A stretch of DNA of 64,000 bases from Planctomycetota bacterium (GTDB lineage Bacteria; Planctomycetota; UBA1135), in assembly GCA_045047305.1 (NCBI GenBank), contig JASFYO010000021.1, positions 1 to 64,000 on the forward strand. Direction: 5' to 3'. The translations under genes were made by a program, and so were the position numbers. Below the pieces are notes generated by a model. That model was not told the DNA's origin. It worked only from the letters and a program-made list of their open reading frames with translations, and made no database searches. Positions 37,462 to 47,219 of the stretch are shown in pieces; the first letter of the stretch is position 1; each line of letters begins with the position of its first letter.

Positions 37462-40035
37462 GTGACCATCCGCCTCAAATGGAATTCCACCGATCAGGAA
37501 ACTGGTGGGGCCTTTACCCTTCGTGGTGCATCACTGTATTTGGTGATATCCGACGCAGGTGGTTTAGATCAACTTGGAACGGATCCCGGTGAGCGAGATG
37601 GTTTCGTTATTTCAGAACTAGAACCGGGCGTTTTGCAACTCGAAACACGTGGTGAGTGCTTCTTCCAAGATAGTGGTGGTTTTGTTCAATTATCAGAGTT
37701 GAAATACGGCGCCAAAATCGTAGCGACTTCACCCGATTTTGAATGGGAGTTGTTTGCCGACGGCAAGATGGCAATTCAGGATCCTCTTGTCGATACGACT
37801 TTGGGCGGGCATAAAATCATCGGGCGATTAGGGAACGGCTCTATGGGCGTGGTTTACAGGGCGATTCAGATTAACCTTGAACGTGAAGTGGCGCTGAAGG
37901 TTTTGGACCCCAAAGCAGCCAAGAAATCGCCGCTTGCAGTGGCATCATTTAAGCGTGAAGCAGTAGCCGCCGGACGTCTATCCCACCCCAATTTGGTCCA
38001 GGTTTACGATGTCGGGCATGACCGTGGCCTCTATTTCTTTTCCATGGAGTTGGTGCCCGCAGGTGATTTAGAAGACCGACTCAGGGAAGCCGGCCCCCTG
38101 CCTTGGCGAGAAGCCTTGGAGTATCTCCTCGATGCTACAGATGCGCTTTTGTTTGCGCGTGAACATCATTTAGTCCACCGCGACGTCAAGCCCGAGAACT
38201 TAATGCTTACCATCGATGGGCGGTGCAAACTTGCTGATTTAGGTATGGCTGCAACCCGGGGCATGGTGGAACAGGATGGTGCCGGTGGAACGCCTCATTT
38301 TATGGCTCCCGAATGTGTTACTAGGAGTTTCGATCACCGCTCTGACTTTTACAGTTTGGGTTGCACGCTTTACCGTTTGCTGACCAACCAAACACCTTAT
38401 CGCGGAGATACCGTACGCGACATTTTGCGGGCGCATCGGGACAGTCCAGTTCCGCGGTTAAAGGATGCTCAAGTGGATGCCCCCTCTGGAGTTCAGGAGT
38501 TATTGGATTGGCTTATGGCAAAGGATGCGGAAGAACGTCCACAGGATGCGCAGGCTATTTTAGAAGACATTCATAACCTGCTTGATGGAAAACGCTCGCG
38601 TGGTTTGATGATGGGCCTAGCTGCAATTGCAGTTCTTGCGGTTGGGGCTTCCTTGTTCTTTGCTTTGAAAAAGCACCCAGAATCTACCCAAGAAACCGTG
38701 TACGTTGAGACCGATTCCGGTGCAGCGCAAGAAGAACGCGAAAGGGCTGACGCCCTTGCCCGTGAGCTAGCCTTCACGACTGCTATGGCGACTGCTGAAG
38801 GACCAGAGCGTGCGCAATTGCTGCAAGTGTTTCTGCTTGATTACCCCGATTCGGAATTCATTTCGCGGGCGGAAGTCGAGCTCGACCGTTTGGCTAAATT
38901 AGCCCAAGCGAAGGTGGAAAAAGTTCAGGAAGTCGATCCTCTAGCGGCGGAGAAATTGGCGTTGAGTGAACTTGAAAACCAATTGAAGGCGGCATTAAGT
39001 GAAGCTGCGTTTGGTAAGGCTCACCAAACTTTGACTCTTGCCACAGTCCCCCTCGAATGGTTGGCACCACTTTGGGCTAGATTGGAAGGGTCAACGAACA
39101 CAGCCTTTCTTGCATGGGAAGCGCAACATGCCTCCTTACTTCAGAAGGAGGATTGGAGTGCTGCAGAAGTCGTCCGCCAAAACTTCGAATCCTCATTACA
39201 AAGTGCTGCGCAAATACCAGAAGCCTGGAGGCAACGTCTTTCAGTCCTAAAAACTCAAGCATTTAAGGCTGAGGAGTCTGCCTTAGAACGCGATTATCGC
39301 GAGGCTCGCATCACCGTTCTAGTGGCTATGCAGAATTCGGTTTTACCGGCCTTGGATGAGTGGAGATTCCGTGATGCTGCGCAAGACTTGAGCCAAGTGG
39401 CAGAGTCCTGCCCACATGCCGAGCTGCAAAAGGCGTTGCGCGCCCGAGTCTCTATGCTTCAACAAGCCGCAGTGATTCAGGAAGCACTTTTCGCCAAACT
39501 GGAAGGAGATGTTCTTCTTCCAATCATTGAGCCACTGGAAGGTAAACGCGCTTTCGCTACTGCAGCGAGCGCAAAGGGTTTTGTGATTGTCGTCCAAGTG
39601 CGGGGCGAGAGAAAAGAGCGCCTGGATGCATGGCAACTGTATGAATCCCCTACCGTCTTAGTTGAATTGCTAGATTCGATTCTCAAAGAGGATCAACCAG
39701 CTCAAGAGCATCAGAGCTTTCTTACCGTGATATCTTCCCGCGCTTTGGCCCGGGAATTTGTCAATTGGAATCAAGTGCCAACCACGCAGCAGGCCTCGGA
39801 ATTGGCCTTAGAATGCAAAGCATGGACAAAGTTACTTGGAGATGCCAGCTTGCTTGGGAACTCCGCGCTAATGGAAGAAGGTTTTGCATTGCAAGGATTG
39901 TCGGAACTCGCATCGAACTTGGCGATAGACGATGCTTATTCCGCCCTCTTACATGCTGAAGAGTTGCAGAATAATTTTTCATTGCTGGCAGCTTGGAGCT
40001 CGGATGGCACCTCAACCTGGGGCATGAAACCATGA
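37462..40035 (+). CDS. Membrane-anchored Hanks-type Ser/Thr protein kinase
   Basis: GNGSMG, VALK, HRDVKPEN, DLG, GTPHFMAPE; TM helix near aa 382-402; long helical C-terminus. Confidence 0.93.
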   Translation: MTIRLKWNSTDQETGGAFTLRGASLYLVISDAGGLDQLGTDPGERDGFVISELEPGVLQLETRGECFFQDSGGFVQLSELKYGAKIVATSPDFEWELFADGKMAIQDPLVDTTLGGHKIIGRLGNGSMGVVYRAIQINLEREVALKVLDPKAAKKSPLAVASFKREAVAAGRLSHPNLVQVYDVGHDRGLYFFSMELVPAGDLEDRLREAGPLPWREALEYLLDATDALLFAREHHLVHRDVKPENLMLTIDGRCKLADLGMAATRGMVEQDGAGGTPHFMAPECVTRSFDHRSDFYSLGCTLYRLLTNQTPYRGDTVRDILRAHRDSPVPRLKDAQVDAPSGVQELLDWLMAKDAEERPQDAQAILEDIHNLLDGKRSRGLMMGLAAIAVLAVGASLFFALKKHPESTQETVYVETDSGAAQEERERADALARELAFTTAMATAEGPERAQLLQVFLLDYPDSEFISRAEVELDRLAKLAQAKVEKVQEVDPLAAEKLALSELENQLKAALSEAAFGKAHQTLTLATVPLEWLAPLWARLEGSTNTAFLAWEAQHASLLQKEDWSAAEVVRQNFESSLQSAAQIPEAWRQRLSVLKTQAFKAEESALERDYREARITVLVAMQNSVLPALDEWRFRDAAQDLSQVAESCPHAELQKALRARVSMLQQAAVIQEALFAKLEGDVLLPIIEPLEGKRAFATAASAKGFVIVVQVRGERKERLDAWQLYESPTVLVELLDSILKEDQPAQEHQSFLTVISSRALAREFVNWNQVPTTQQASELALECKAWTKLLGDASLLGNSALMEEGFALQGLSELASNLAIDDAYSALLHAEELQNNFSLLAAWSSDGTSTWGMKP

Positions 40036-40649
40036 TGCCGGCGCGGTTGGTGGTGTTAGCTTCCGGTGGTGGGCGCACCTTGGAGAATCTCCAAGGCCAA
40101 ATTCTGAATGGGAAACTCAATGCAAGAATCGAGTTGGTCGTTGCTTCTGAGGCCACTCTTGGAGCGGTGGAGAAAGCGAAGCAACTTGGCCTATCCATTT
40201 TGGTGGTCAGTAAAAAAAGCTACCCGGACCGCAAACAACGAGAGCATCGTTTGCTTGGCGCTATTTTGGAGGCGAGACCAGATTTAGTCATCCTGGCCGG
40301 TTGGTTGCAACTCCTGCCTATCCCGGCGGAACTGGAAGGTAAGGTGTTGAACATTCACCCAGCCTTGCTTCCTGCTTTCGGCGGCAAAGGGTTTTTCGGG
40401 CACCATGTTCATCAGGCTGTTTCCGCAGCCAGGGTGCCCATAACCGGTTGCACCGTTCATTTTGCTACTAGCCAATACGATGTTGGTCCAGTGGTTCTCC
40501 AAGCTTGTGTCTCGATTACGCCTGGAGAAAACCCAAAGGTTATCGCTGACACTGTTTTCGAAAAAGAATGCGAAGTCTACCCAGAAGCGATTCAAGCACT
40601 AATTGAAGGCCGTGCTCAATGGGAACACGGCGAGGTCTTGTGGAATTGA
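40032..40649 (+). CDS. purN: Phosphoribosylglycinamide formyltransferase
   Basis: LASGGG, LAGW, NIHPALLPAFGG, GCTVHF, YDVGP; start moved to ATG 40032 (overlaps the kinase stop). Confidence 0.94.
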   Translation: MMPARLVVLASGGGRTLENLQGQILNGKLNARIELVVASEATLGAVEKAKQLGLSILVVSKKSYPDRKQREHRLLGAILEARPDLVILAGWLQLLPIPAELEGKVLNIHPALLPAFGGKGFFGHHVHQAVSAARVPITGCTVHFATSQYDVGPVVLQACVSITPGENPKVIADTVFEKECEVYPEAIQALIEGRAQWEHGEVLWN

Positions 40650-40661
40650 TTTCCTCAACCG

Positions 40662-41954
40662 TTAGTTTTGAAACAAGCTCTTCACGCCTAATTCAAAATT
40701 GACACTACTGAGGTAGGCAGAGCTGCCCGGATCGGATGCGACTAAAACGGTGCCATCCGCTTGGGCCCACCAGCGCAAAATCTGAGAGCCCTTAGCCTTG
40801 GGCTGCCGCGAGATAGAGTAAAGGATGCGGCCAGACGGAGATTCTTCAGGAAGCGACAATGCTTCGCCACGTTCTAAACGCTGGCCATAATCTAGCAAGG
40901 CGGTAACAAATGCGGAATCCTCCGGATTTGTTTTTTCCTCGTTGTAACTCCCCCATCCATCACCTCGGCGCAAGAATATTTTACTAGCGTCACCGTATTC
41001 AATTTTCACGGAGGAAATCCGTTCCGGATTCAAGTCCAAAATCCTCGAACTAATTAAGTCATCTAATGGGATATCTAGAAACCGATAGGTGTGCTCCTCG
41101 TATGAGAACGGATATTTCCTTTGATCGGATACCACCAATCCGTCAAAAACTTGAAGCCGAACTTGCCGATTCCCGGAAGTGAAAATCAAATCTCCCTTCT
41201 TTTTCTCCAAAGGCAATTCTTCCAACAAAACATCACCGAGCCCTTCGACCCGTCCCCCCAATAGCGCCATGAGGTAAGGTTCACTTCTCACTTCAAGTGG
41301 TGCCTGGACTGGAGCACGGAGATACCAGCGATTGTTTTTTTTCTCCAAGAGAATACGTGGCCCCTCCACAGGGTTCCAAGAGACTTGAGTTACCCCGGCT
41401 CCAAATTCGTGCAAACGATGGTCACGCCATTGTTCCACCGGACGCGCTAGCATGCGGAAATCAGGAATAGGGAAACGGACTAGTTTTCCATTGCACTTGG
41501 CGACCTGCCAATTGCCAGAAGGTTCTTCAGCGCCAATAATTAGTTGCTGGACACTTCCGCCTTTGAAGGAAACTTCAATCAGAGCAGCGGCCGGGAGTAG
41601 GCCAAGCTCTTCCTCCGACTGGTTTTCCCATCCCGCTGGGGCAGGCTCCCAATGGGTGGTAAACAATGCCTGAAGAGCCGCTTGAACTACAAAAGGTTCC
41701 GCGTGGTCCGGCATGGGATTGGTGATTGCCCAACGATTGTCCTTGTACTCCAAGGAAACGGTAATGCCGAATCGCGGTTGTTCTATGGATAAACCAGTCA
41801 TAGAAGCTGGGTCCCCTTCGATGAGGGTACCTGCGTTAGCTTGAGGAAGTTCTACTTCTAAGCTGGTAGCGGTTTGTGAATGCGAAAGCTGCCACAAACC
41901 AAACACCGCGCCCAAAAGCAGGAGACAAATCAAAAACAAACGAGTCGGAGTCAT
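40662..41954 (-). CDS. DUF4340-like membrane-anchored periplasmic protein
   Basis: N-terminal TM; repeated 'W-x-I/L-xx-P' and 'LGL-x-P' units, WRDHRL; last gene of a Gld-like ABC operon. Confidence 0.7.
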   Translation of the reverse strand: MTPTRLFLICLLLLGAVFGLWQLSHSQTATSLEVELPQANAGTLIEGDPASMTGLSIEQPRFGITVSLEYKDNRWAITNPMPDHAEPFVVQAALQALFTTHWEPAPAGWENQSEEELGLLPAAALIEVSFKGGSVQQLIIGAEEPSGNWQVAKCNGKLVRFPIPDFRMLARPVEQWRDHRLHEFGAGVTQVSWNPVEGPRILLEKKNNRWYLRAPVQAPLEVRSEPYLMALLGGRVEGLGDVLLEELPLEKKKGDLIFTSGNRQVRLQVFDGLVVSDQRKYPFSYEEHTYRFLDIPLDDLISSRILDLNPERISSVKIEYGDASKIFLRRGDGWGSYNEEKTNPEDSAFVTALLDYGQRLERGEALSLPEESPSGRILYSISRQPKAKGSQILRWWAQADGTVLVASDPGSSAYLSSVNFELGVKSLFQN

Positions 41955-43420
41955 CGTCTTCTTCTCCAAAAAATCAAAAGGCCTAAAAGGAATGTCAAAC
42001 CTGGAAACACAAAGATACTGATGTTCTGAATGCGTGCCATGACTGCGCGTTCGGGACGGAATGGTAATTCACCAAGCCCAACCAAGCCACGCTCAGCTTC
42101 ATCATGACCGGAAAGCCAGATTAAGGCTCCAGCCAAAAGTTCGCGGTTGTAAAGGATGTCGGAGCGAATGCTTTCGGCAGAGCCTAGCACCACAATACGT
42201 CCGTGGAGATTATTTTCTCCAGGTGTCCATCGCTCTGCCGCAACAGCCAAAGGAACTACCCCTCGTTTCTCCCCGGGGTCCATTTCAAATAAGTTTTTCC
42301 GTGGATCTTCAATCCAGGCCAGGGATCCACTCCGAATAAGACGTTCTTGGGTGTAATCATTAGTTCCGCTGGCAAATTTAACTGGGCGTGCCCCCCGAAA
42401 TAGCAAGAAACGCGAAGCCTCAATGAGAGGAACGGTGATGGAATGCTGCGGGCTTAATTGTTCTTGTTTTATTTCAAGAAAAGCACAATCGCTACGGCCA
42501 GTAACAAAACCACCCTGAATGCGTAATGGTTCACACACAAGCCCCTCTCCAAAACCAGTTCCATGATCTCGCAACAGATCATTCCAGAAGGAAATCACAG
42601 GTGGCGGTGCGTTGGGACCTAGGGCGAGCAGAACCGGTTTATCCGCCGCGACCCAAGCCTCCATCGCGGCGGCATCTGAGGGTAGAAAAGGTCTGCGTTG
42701 GCCGGGAATGATGATGAGGTCTGCATCCTTGGCATCCTGCGGCCCTTCTATAGGAAAAACGTCCCAGTTTTCACGTTGCAGTTGCATGCGCAACTCGAGT
42801 AACTCATCGGCATCATCCAGAGAACCTTGGCCATATCCGACTAAGACAGCTGCTTTGGGGGTATCTCCTGCAGCGAGGGCAACTGAGGCATCGCCCAGGG
42901 CAGATTCCACGCGTTCTTTGAGTATGCGGGCTGGAGCACCCTCAGGGGTTGCGCGTAGAATTTGGAACAAGTCCTCAAACGTAAGGACGCGTCGATCCCC
43001 GTTGGCTTCCAGGATTAAAGTCTCTCCGGGTTGCCGATCGAGGCGTTTTATTTCACGATCAATGGCGACCAGGGGGCTGGATTCGTCCAAGATAAGTGTG
43101 GTAATTTTACCGCCACTGCGCACCGCAGTGTCTTCGGTCAGACTACGCAATAAGACAAACGCCTGCGCATATACGGTGGAGCCAAATTTTTGGATATCTG
43201 GATCTTCAGGAAAAAGAAAAGCTGAAAGGGTGCTTCCTTGCGGCAATGCCTGCAAGGCTTCGGTTGTGCGATCACTGAGGCCTTGATCTTGAGCAGTGGT
43301 CCAATCCCAACGAACACGCAAGCCGGGGCGTGAAAATGTATAAAGGAGGAAGCCCGTAAAGGCAACCGCGCACAAACCAGCAAAGATGGTGAGCATGCCT
43401 AAACGAAGGCGCCGGCTCAT
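41951..43420 (-). CDS. GldG-like ABC transporter auxiliary component
   Basis: N- and C-terminal TM, RWDWT...LSDRT, GYGQ, LIIIPG, HSITVPL, GRIVVLGS, ends WRRRR. Confidence 0.8.
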   Translation of the reverse strand: MSRRLRLGMLTIFAGLCAVAFTGFLLYTFSRPGLRVRWDWTTAQDQGLSDRTTEALQALPQGSTLSAFLFPEDPDIQKFGSTVYAQAFVLLRSLTEDTAVRSGGKITTLILDESSPLVAIDREIKRLDRQPGETLILEANGDRRVLTFEDLFQILRATPEGAPARILKERVESALGDASVALAAGDTPKAAVLVGYGQGSLDDADELLELRMQLQRENWDVFPIEGPQDAKDADLIIIPGQRRPFLPSDAAAMEAWVAADKPVLLALGPNAPPPVISFWNDLLRDHGTGFGEGLVCEPLRIQGGFVTGRSDCAFLEIKQEQLSPQHSITVPLIEASRFLLFRGARPVKFASGTNDYTQERLIRSGSLAWIEDPRKNLFEMDPGEKRGVVPLAVAAERWTPGENNLHGRIVVLGSAESIRSDILYNRELLAGALIWLSGHDEAERGLVGLGELPFRPERAVMARIQNISIFVFPGLTFLLGLLIFWRRRR

Positions 43421-44160
43421 GGGACCCACCTCCTGGACACCAGTCGGACCCAGGTTAGGAATAGGAATAGTGTGGACATTCCAAACAGATATACCAATGC
43501 ATAACTGTCGATGAGCCCAGCTGAGAAACTACGGTCGAGAAAGTTTGGCAGATGGGTTAAACGTGCAATGTTTCCGAGTGCACCCTCTTTGTGCTCGAAT
43601 AAGGCAGGTACGAATAGAAGCATGTAGTTGAGTGCGGCTCCACCCCCAGCTGCCAAAACAAGATTGCTTCCCCATGAACTAGCCCAGAGCCCTGTAGCCA
43701 AAAACAAAAAACTTACCAGCATGGCACCAAGTAATCCGCCCCAAATCCGTGCCCAATCCATGTTTGCACCGTGCCATGAAAGCAACAAGAAAAGCAAAAG
43801 GACTCCTCCCCAAAACAAAAGGAAGAACATGCAGGCTGCAAAATACTTAGCTAGGACTACCGCTCCATCGCGAATGGGAGCAGTAAGCAATGGCTCTAAG
43901 GTGCCGACACGATGTTCTTCGGCAAACAAACGGATGCATAAGAGGGGCGGGAAGGCTGGGAGCAATAGCCACACCAACATGCCGCTACCAAGCAGATAGG
44001 GCGGCAGCAGACCAAGGTCATTTTGGACGGCCTGAGTTTCGATCGTGACACTAAACATCAACCCATTCAGTAAAAACCAGAATCCCAAAAGCACAAACAC
44101 AAATGGGGAAACCATGAGTGAGAACACTTCCTTTCTCCATAAGGCGCAGAAAGCATTCAT
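43417..44160 (-). CDS. ABC-2 permease (GldF-like)
   Basis: RKEV..SP, RLFAEEHRVGTLEPLLTAP, VLAKY, six TM; start moved to ATG 44160. Confidence 0.88.
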   Translation of the reverse strand: MNAFCALWRKEVFSLMVSPFVFVLLGFWFLLNGLMFSVTIETQAVQNDLGLLPPYLLGSGMLVWLLLPAFPPLLCIRLFAEEHRVGTLEPLLTAPIRDGAVVLAKYFAACMFFLLFWGGVLLLFLLLSWHGANMDWARIWGGLLGAMLVSFLFLATGLWASSWGSNLVLAAGGGAALNYMLLFVPALFEHKEGALGNIARLTHLPNFLDRSFSAGLIDSYALVYLFGMSTLFLFLTWVRLVSRRWVP

Positions 44161-45089
44161 GCGGGATCCCCCTCGACTAAGGAACGGAAAAGTTGGTCTA
44201 AGTCTGGGCGGATTTCGCGGAATTCTAAAACAGGGTACCCTTCTTTCCCGAGCCAACGAAACACAGAAGGACGCATATCAGGGGCTTGGAAACGTAGCTC
44301 AAACGTGGTTTCAGAGTTGCGTATAAGGCTGAATTGGAATTGTGATGCCACGGCCCTGAGACGAGCTTCTGCATGGGCAAAGCCGGGCTCCAACTGAATC
44401 AAAACGATGGCACCTTTTTGCATTTTCTGGTGGAGCTCTTGCAAAGTCCCAACGGCGCGCGAATAGCCGTGATTCAGAATTAGAACTCTGGTCGCAATCT
44501 CTTCTACTTCAGGGAGGACGTGACTACTGAATAGTATTGCTTTGCCTAGCGAGGAGAGCCCAATGAGAATATCGCGAAACTCTTGGCGCTGGATTGGATC
44601 CAGTCCTGTAAAGGGTTCATCCAAAAGAACCGCAGGAGGGTTGGCGAGCAATACATCGGCTAATCCAACTCGTTGGCGGAACCCTTTTGAAAGGGATGCA
44701 AAAGTTTGTCGCATGCGTGGTGCAAGTCCTAATCTTTTCACGATTTCGGCAATGGAATTTCTGGCCTCGGTGCGCTTAAGACCTTTGAGGCGGGCGCGAA
44801 ACATGAGGTATTCGATAACCCGCATCTCTGAGGGTGCGACAAAGTTTTCTGGCAAATATCCCGTACTACTTCGTGCGCCCAAAGAATCTTGAGCCAAGTC
44901 TTTACCGTCAATGCTGCATTTCCCAGAAGTTGCTGGCAAATACCCGCTCAGAATGCGCAGAGTGGTGGTTTTACCCGCGCCATTGGGGCCCAAAAAACCG
45001 AGGATCTCTCCTGGCTTGACTTCCAAATCTAAATCCACCAGTGCGACATGGTTGCCGTACTTTTTGGTGAGTTTTTGGGTGAGAATCAT
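44157..45089 (-). CDS. ABC transporter ATP-binding protein (GldA-like)
   Basis: GPNGAGKTT, LSKGFRQR, LLDEPFTGLDP, SSHVL; start moved to ATG 45089. Confidence 0.93.
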   Translation of the reverse strand: MILTQKLTKKYGNHVALVDLDLEVKPGEILGFLGPNGAGKTTTLRILSGYLPATSGKCSIDGKDLAQDSLGARSSTGYLPENFVAPSEMRVIEYLMFRARLKGLKRTEARNSIAEIVKRLGLAPRMRQTFASLSKGFRQRVGLADVLLANPPAVLLDEPFTGLDPIQRQEFRDILIGLSSLGKAILFSSHVLPEVEEIATRVLILNHGYSRAVGTLQELHQKMQKGAIVLIQLEPGFAHAEARLRAVASQFQFSLIRNSETTFELRFQAPDMRPSVFRWLGKEGYPVLEFREIRPDLDQLFRSLVEGDPA

Positions 45090-45102
45090 GCTCGCGGTAG
45101 TG

Positions 45103-45118
45103 TGCAAAAAGGATGCCG
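45103..45118 (-). promoter_or_regulatory. Sigma-54 (-24/-12) promoter candidate for the Gld-like ABC operon
   Basis: Minus strand cGGCATccttttTGCA (GG-N10-GC with GGCA and TTGCA); ATG about 14 nt downstream. Confidence 0.55.
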
Positions 45119-45182
45119 AAGCCATAGGTTACGTGACCCGCCTTACATTTCCCATAGAGTACATTTTGTGCGAATTCGCGCA

Positions 45183-45224
45183 TAAAAGAAGAAGGGCTGT
45201 CAGGAGCGAACTCCTGACAGCCCT
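45183..45224 (-). terminator. Rho-independent terminator of dnaK
   Basis: 14-bp perfect stem AGGGCTGTCAGGAG-ttcg-CTCCTGACAGCCCT followed by TCTTCTTTTA. Confidence 0.9.
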
Positions 45225-45240
45225 ATGGGACGACGCAAGC

Positions 45241-47133
45241 CTAGTTTTTGACTTCGAAGTCAGCGTCGACTACGTCTTCCGAGTTGTCTTCTGCTTGAGG
45301 AGCCTCGCCACCAGTCTGAGCGCCGGCACCTTCGCCACCATCCGCGTAGAGCTTTTGCGCTACGGCTTGCATGGCAGTATTTAGCTCCTCCACCTTGGTC
45401 TCGACAAGAGCCATGTCCTCGCTTTTGAGGGCCTCCTCTAGAGCTTCGATTTTGGCCTGGACATCTTCTTTTTCAGAAGCATCTAGCTTTTCACCTTGCT
45501 CCTTTATTAGCTTTTGTGCCTGCCATACGGTTTGATCCGCAAGATTACGCTTCTCGACTAGCCCCTTGGTAGCTTCGTCCTGCTCTTTGAACTTCTCGGC
45601 ATCATCTTGCATCCGTTGGATGTCATCCTCGGACAGCCCCGAAGACTGCTCAATCCGTACTTTGTGTTCTTTGCCAGTAGCTTTGTCCACAGCATGAACA
45701 TGCAGAATGCCGTTGGTGTCAATGTCGAATTCGACTTCGATTTGAGGGACACCGCGTGGGGCTGCAGGAATACCGTCGAGGGTGAAACGATCAAGGGTGC
45801 GGTTGTCGACAGCCATCGGGCGTTCGCCCTGCATGACATGGACTTCTACTTTTGGCTGGTTATCAGCCGCAGTGGAGAACACTTCTTTTTTGGTGGTCGG
45901 AATCGTGGTGTTCCGCTCAATCAAAGTGGTCATCACGCCGCCCATGGTTTCAATTCCAAGACTGAGTGGAGTCACGTCGAGAAGTACGAGGTCTTCTACA
46001 TCGCCCGATAGCACACCACCCTGGATGGATGCTCCCATGGCAACCACTTCGTCTGGGTTCATGCTGCGGTTTGGCTCTTGTGCAAAGACTTCCTTCACCA
46101 CTTCTTGCACCATGGGAATGCGGGTGGAACCGCCTACCAAAAGCACCTCACTGATTTCAGTCGGCTTGAGGCCGGCATCAGAAAGAGCCTGTTGACATGG
46201 AGTCTTGCAGCGCTCAAACAAATCGGCGCAGAGGTTTTCAAACTTAGCCCGAGTCAGGTTCACCATGAGGTGCTTAGGACCGGTTGCATCAGCAGTGATG
46301 AAAGGCAGGTTGATTTGCGTTTCGGTGCCAGAACTCAGTTCACACTTGGCTTTCTCACAACCTTCCTTGAGGCGTTGCAAGGCCATTTTGTCATCCCGCA
46401 GGTCAATGCCATTCTCGGACTTAAACTCGTCAGCAACCCAGTTAATGAGGATCTGATCGAAGTCATCGCCACCTAGCTGAGTGTCACCAGAAGTAGAAAG
46501 TACCTCAAAAACTCCATCACCGATATCGAGGATGGAGACATCGAAGGTGCCACCACCGAGGTCGAAAACAGCAATCTTGCCGTTTTTCTTCTTGTCCATA
46601 CCGAATGCAATTGCTGCAGCAGTAGGCTCGTTAATGATACGCTCGACCTCAAGGCCCGCAATCTTGCCAGCATCTTTGGTGGCCTGACGTTGTGCATCGT
46701 TGAAGTAAGCCGGGACGGTGATGACCGCCTTTTCGACCTTTCCGCCAAGATAATCCTCAGCACATTCCTTGAGATATCCAAGAATGTAAGAGCTGATTTC
46801 AGGTGCAGAGTATTCCTTATCACCCACTTTCACCTTTACGATTTCATTGGGTTTACCAACGACATCGTATGGCACCAATTTCTCATCACTACTGACTTCC
46901 TCATGACGACGGCCCATAAACCGTTTGATGGAGAAGATTGTGCGTGTTGGGTTGGTGACCGCTTGACGCTTGGCAGGACCGCCGACCAAGCGCTGGCCAT
47001 TGTCCTGAAACGCCACCACGGAGGGAGTGGTACGCCCACCCTCTTTGTTCGGGATGACCTTGGTCTCCCCACCTTCCAAAACAGATACGACGGAGTTCGT
47101 CGTTCCCAAGTCGATTCCAATGATTTTTGCCAT
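45241..47133 (-). CDS. dnaK: Chaperone DnaK
   Basis: [34 protein letters not shown], ends DADFEVK; start moved to ATG 47133. Confidence 0.98.
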   Translation of the reverse strand: MAKIIGIDLGTTNSVVSVLEGGETKVIPNKEGGRTTPSVVAFQDNGQRLVGGPAKRQAVTNPTRTIFSIKRFMGRRHEEVSSDEKLVPYDVVGKPNEIVKVKVGDKEYSAPEISSYILGYLKECAEDYLGGKVEKAVITVPAYFNDAQRQATKDAGKIAGLEVERIINEPTAAAIAFGMDKKKNGKIAVFDLGGGTFDVSILDIGDGVFEVLSTSGDTQLGGDDFDQILINWVADEFKSENGIDLRDDKMALQRLKEGCEKAKCELSSGTETQINLPFITADATGPKHLMVNLTRAKFENLCADLFERCKTPCQQALSDAGLKPTEISEVLLVGGSTRIPMVQEVVKEVFAQEPNRSMNPDEVVAMGASIQGGVLSGDVEDLVLLDVTPLSLGIETMGGVMTTLIERNTTIPTTKKEVFSTAADNQPKVEVHVMQGERPMAVDNRTLDRFTLDGIPAAPRGVPQIEVEFDIDTNGILHVHAVDKATGKEHKVRIEQSSGLSEDDIQRMQDDAEKFKEQDEATKGLVEKRNLADQTVWQAQKLIKEQGEKLDASEKEDVQAKIEALEEALKSEDMALVETKVEELNTAMQAVAQKLYADGGEGAGAQTGGEAPQAEDNSEDVVDADFEVKN

Positions 47134-47169
47134 TTCTTTACCAGGGGATGCCCCCTGGAGCTCTAGGTG

Positions 47170-47185
47170 GCAATTGCTGTGCCAG
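47170..47185 (-). promoter_or_regulatory. Sigma-54 (-24/-12) promoter of dnaK
   Basis: Minus strand CTGGCACagcaaTTGC, a near-perfect match to TGGCAC-N5-TTGC. Confidence 0.75.
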
Positions 47186-47192
47186 GAATAGA

Positions 47193-47207
47193 CTGCCAAT
47201 CTGACAG
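47193..47207. promoter_or_regulatory. Imperfect palindrome CTGCCA-atc-TGACAG immediately upstream of the dnaK -24 element
   Basis: TGNCA-N3-TGNCA dyad about 8 bp upstream of the sigma-54 site. Confidence 0.45.
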
Positions 47208-47219
47208 CCACCGCGTAAC

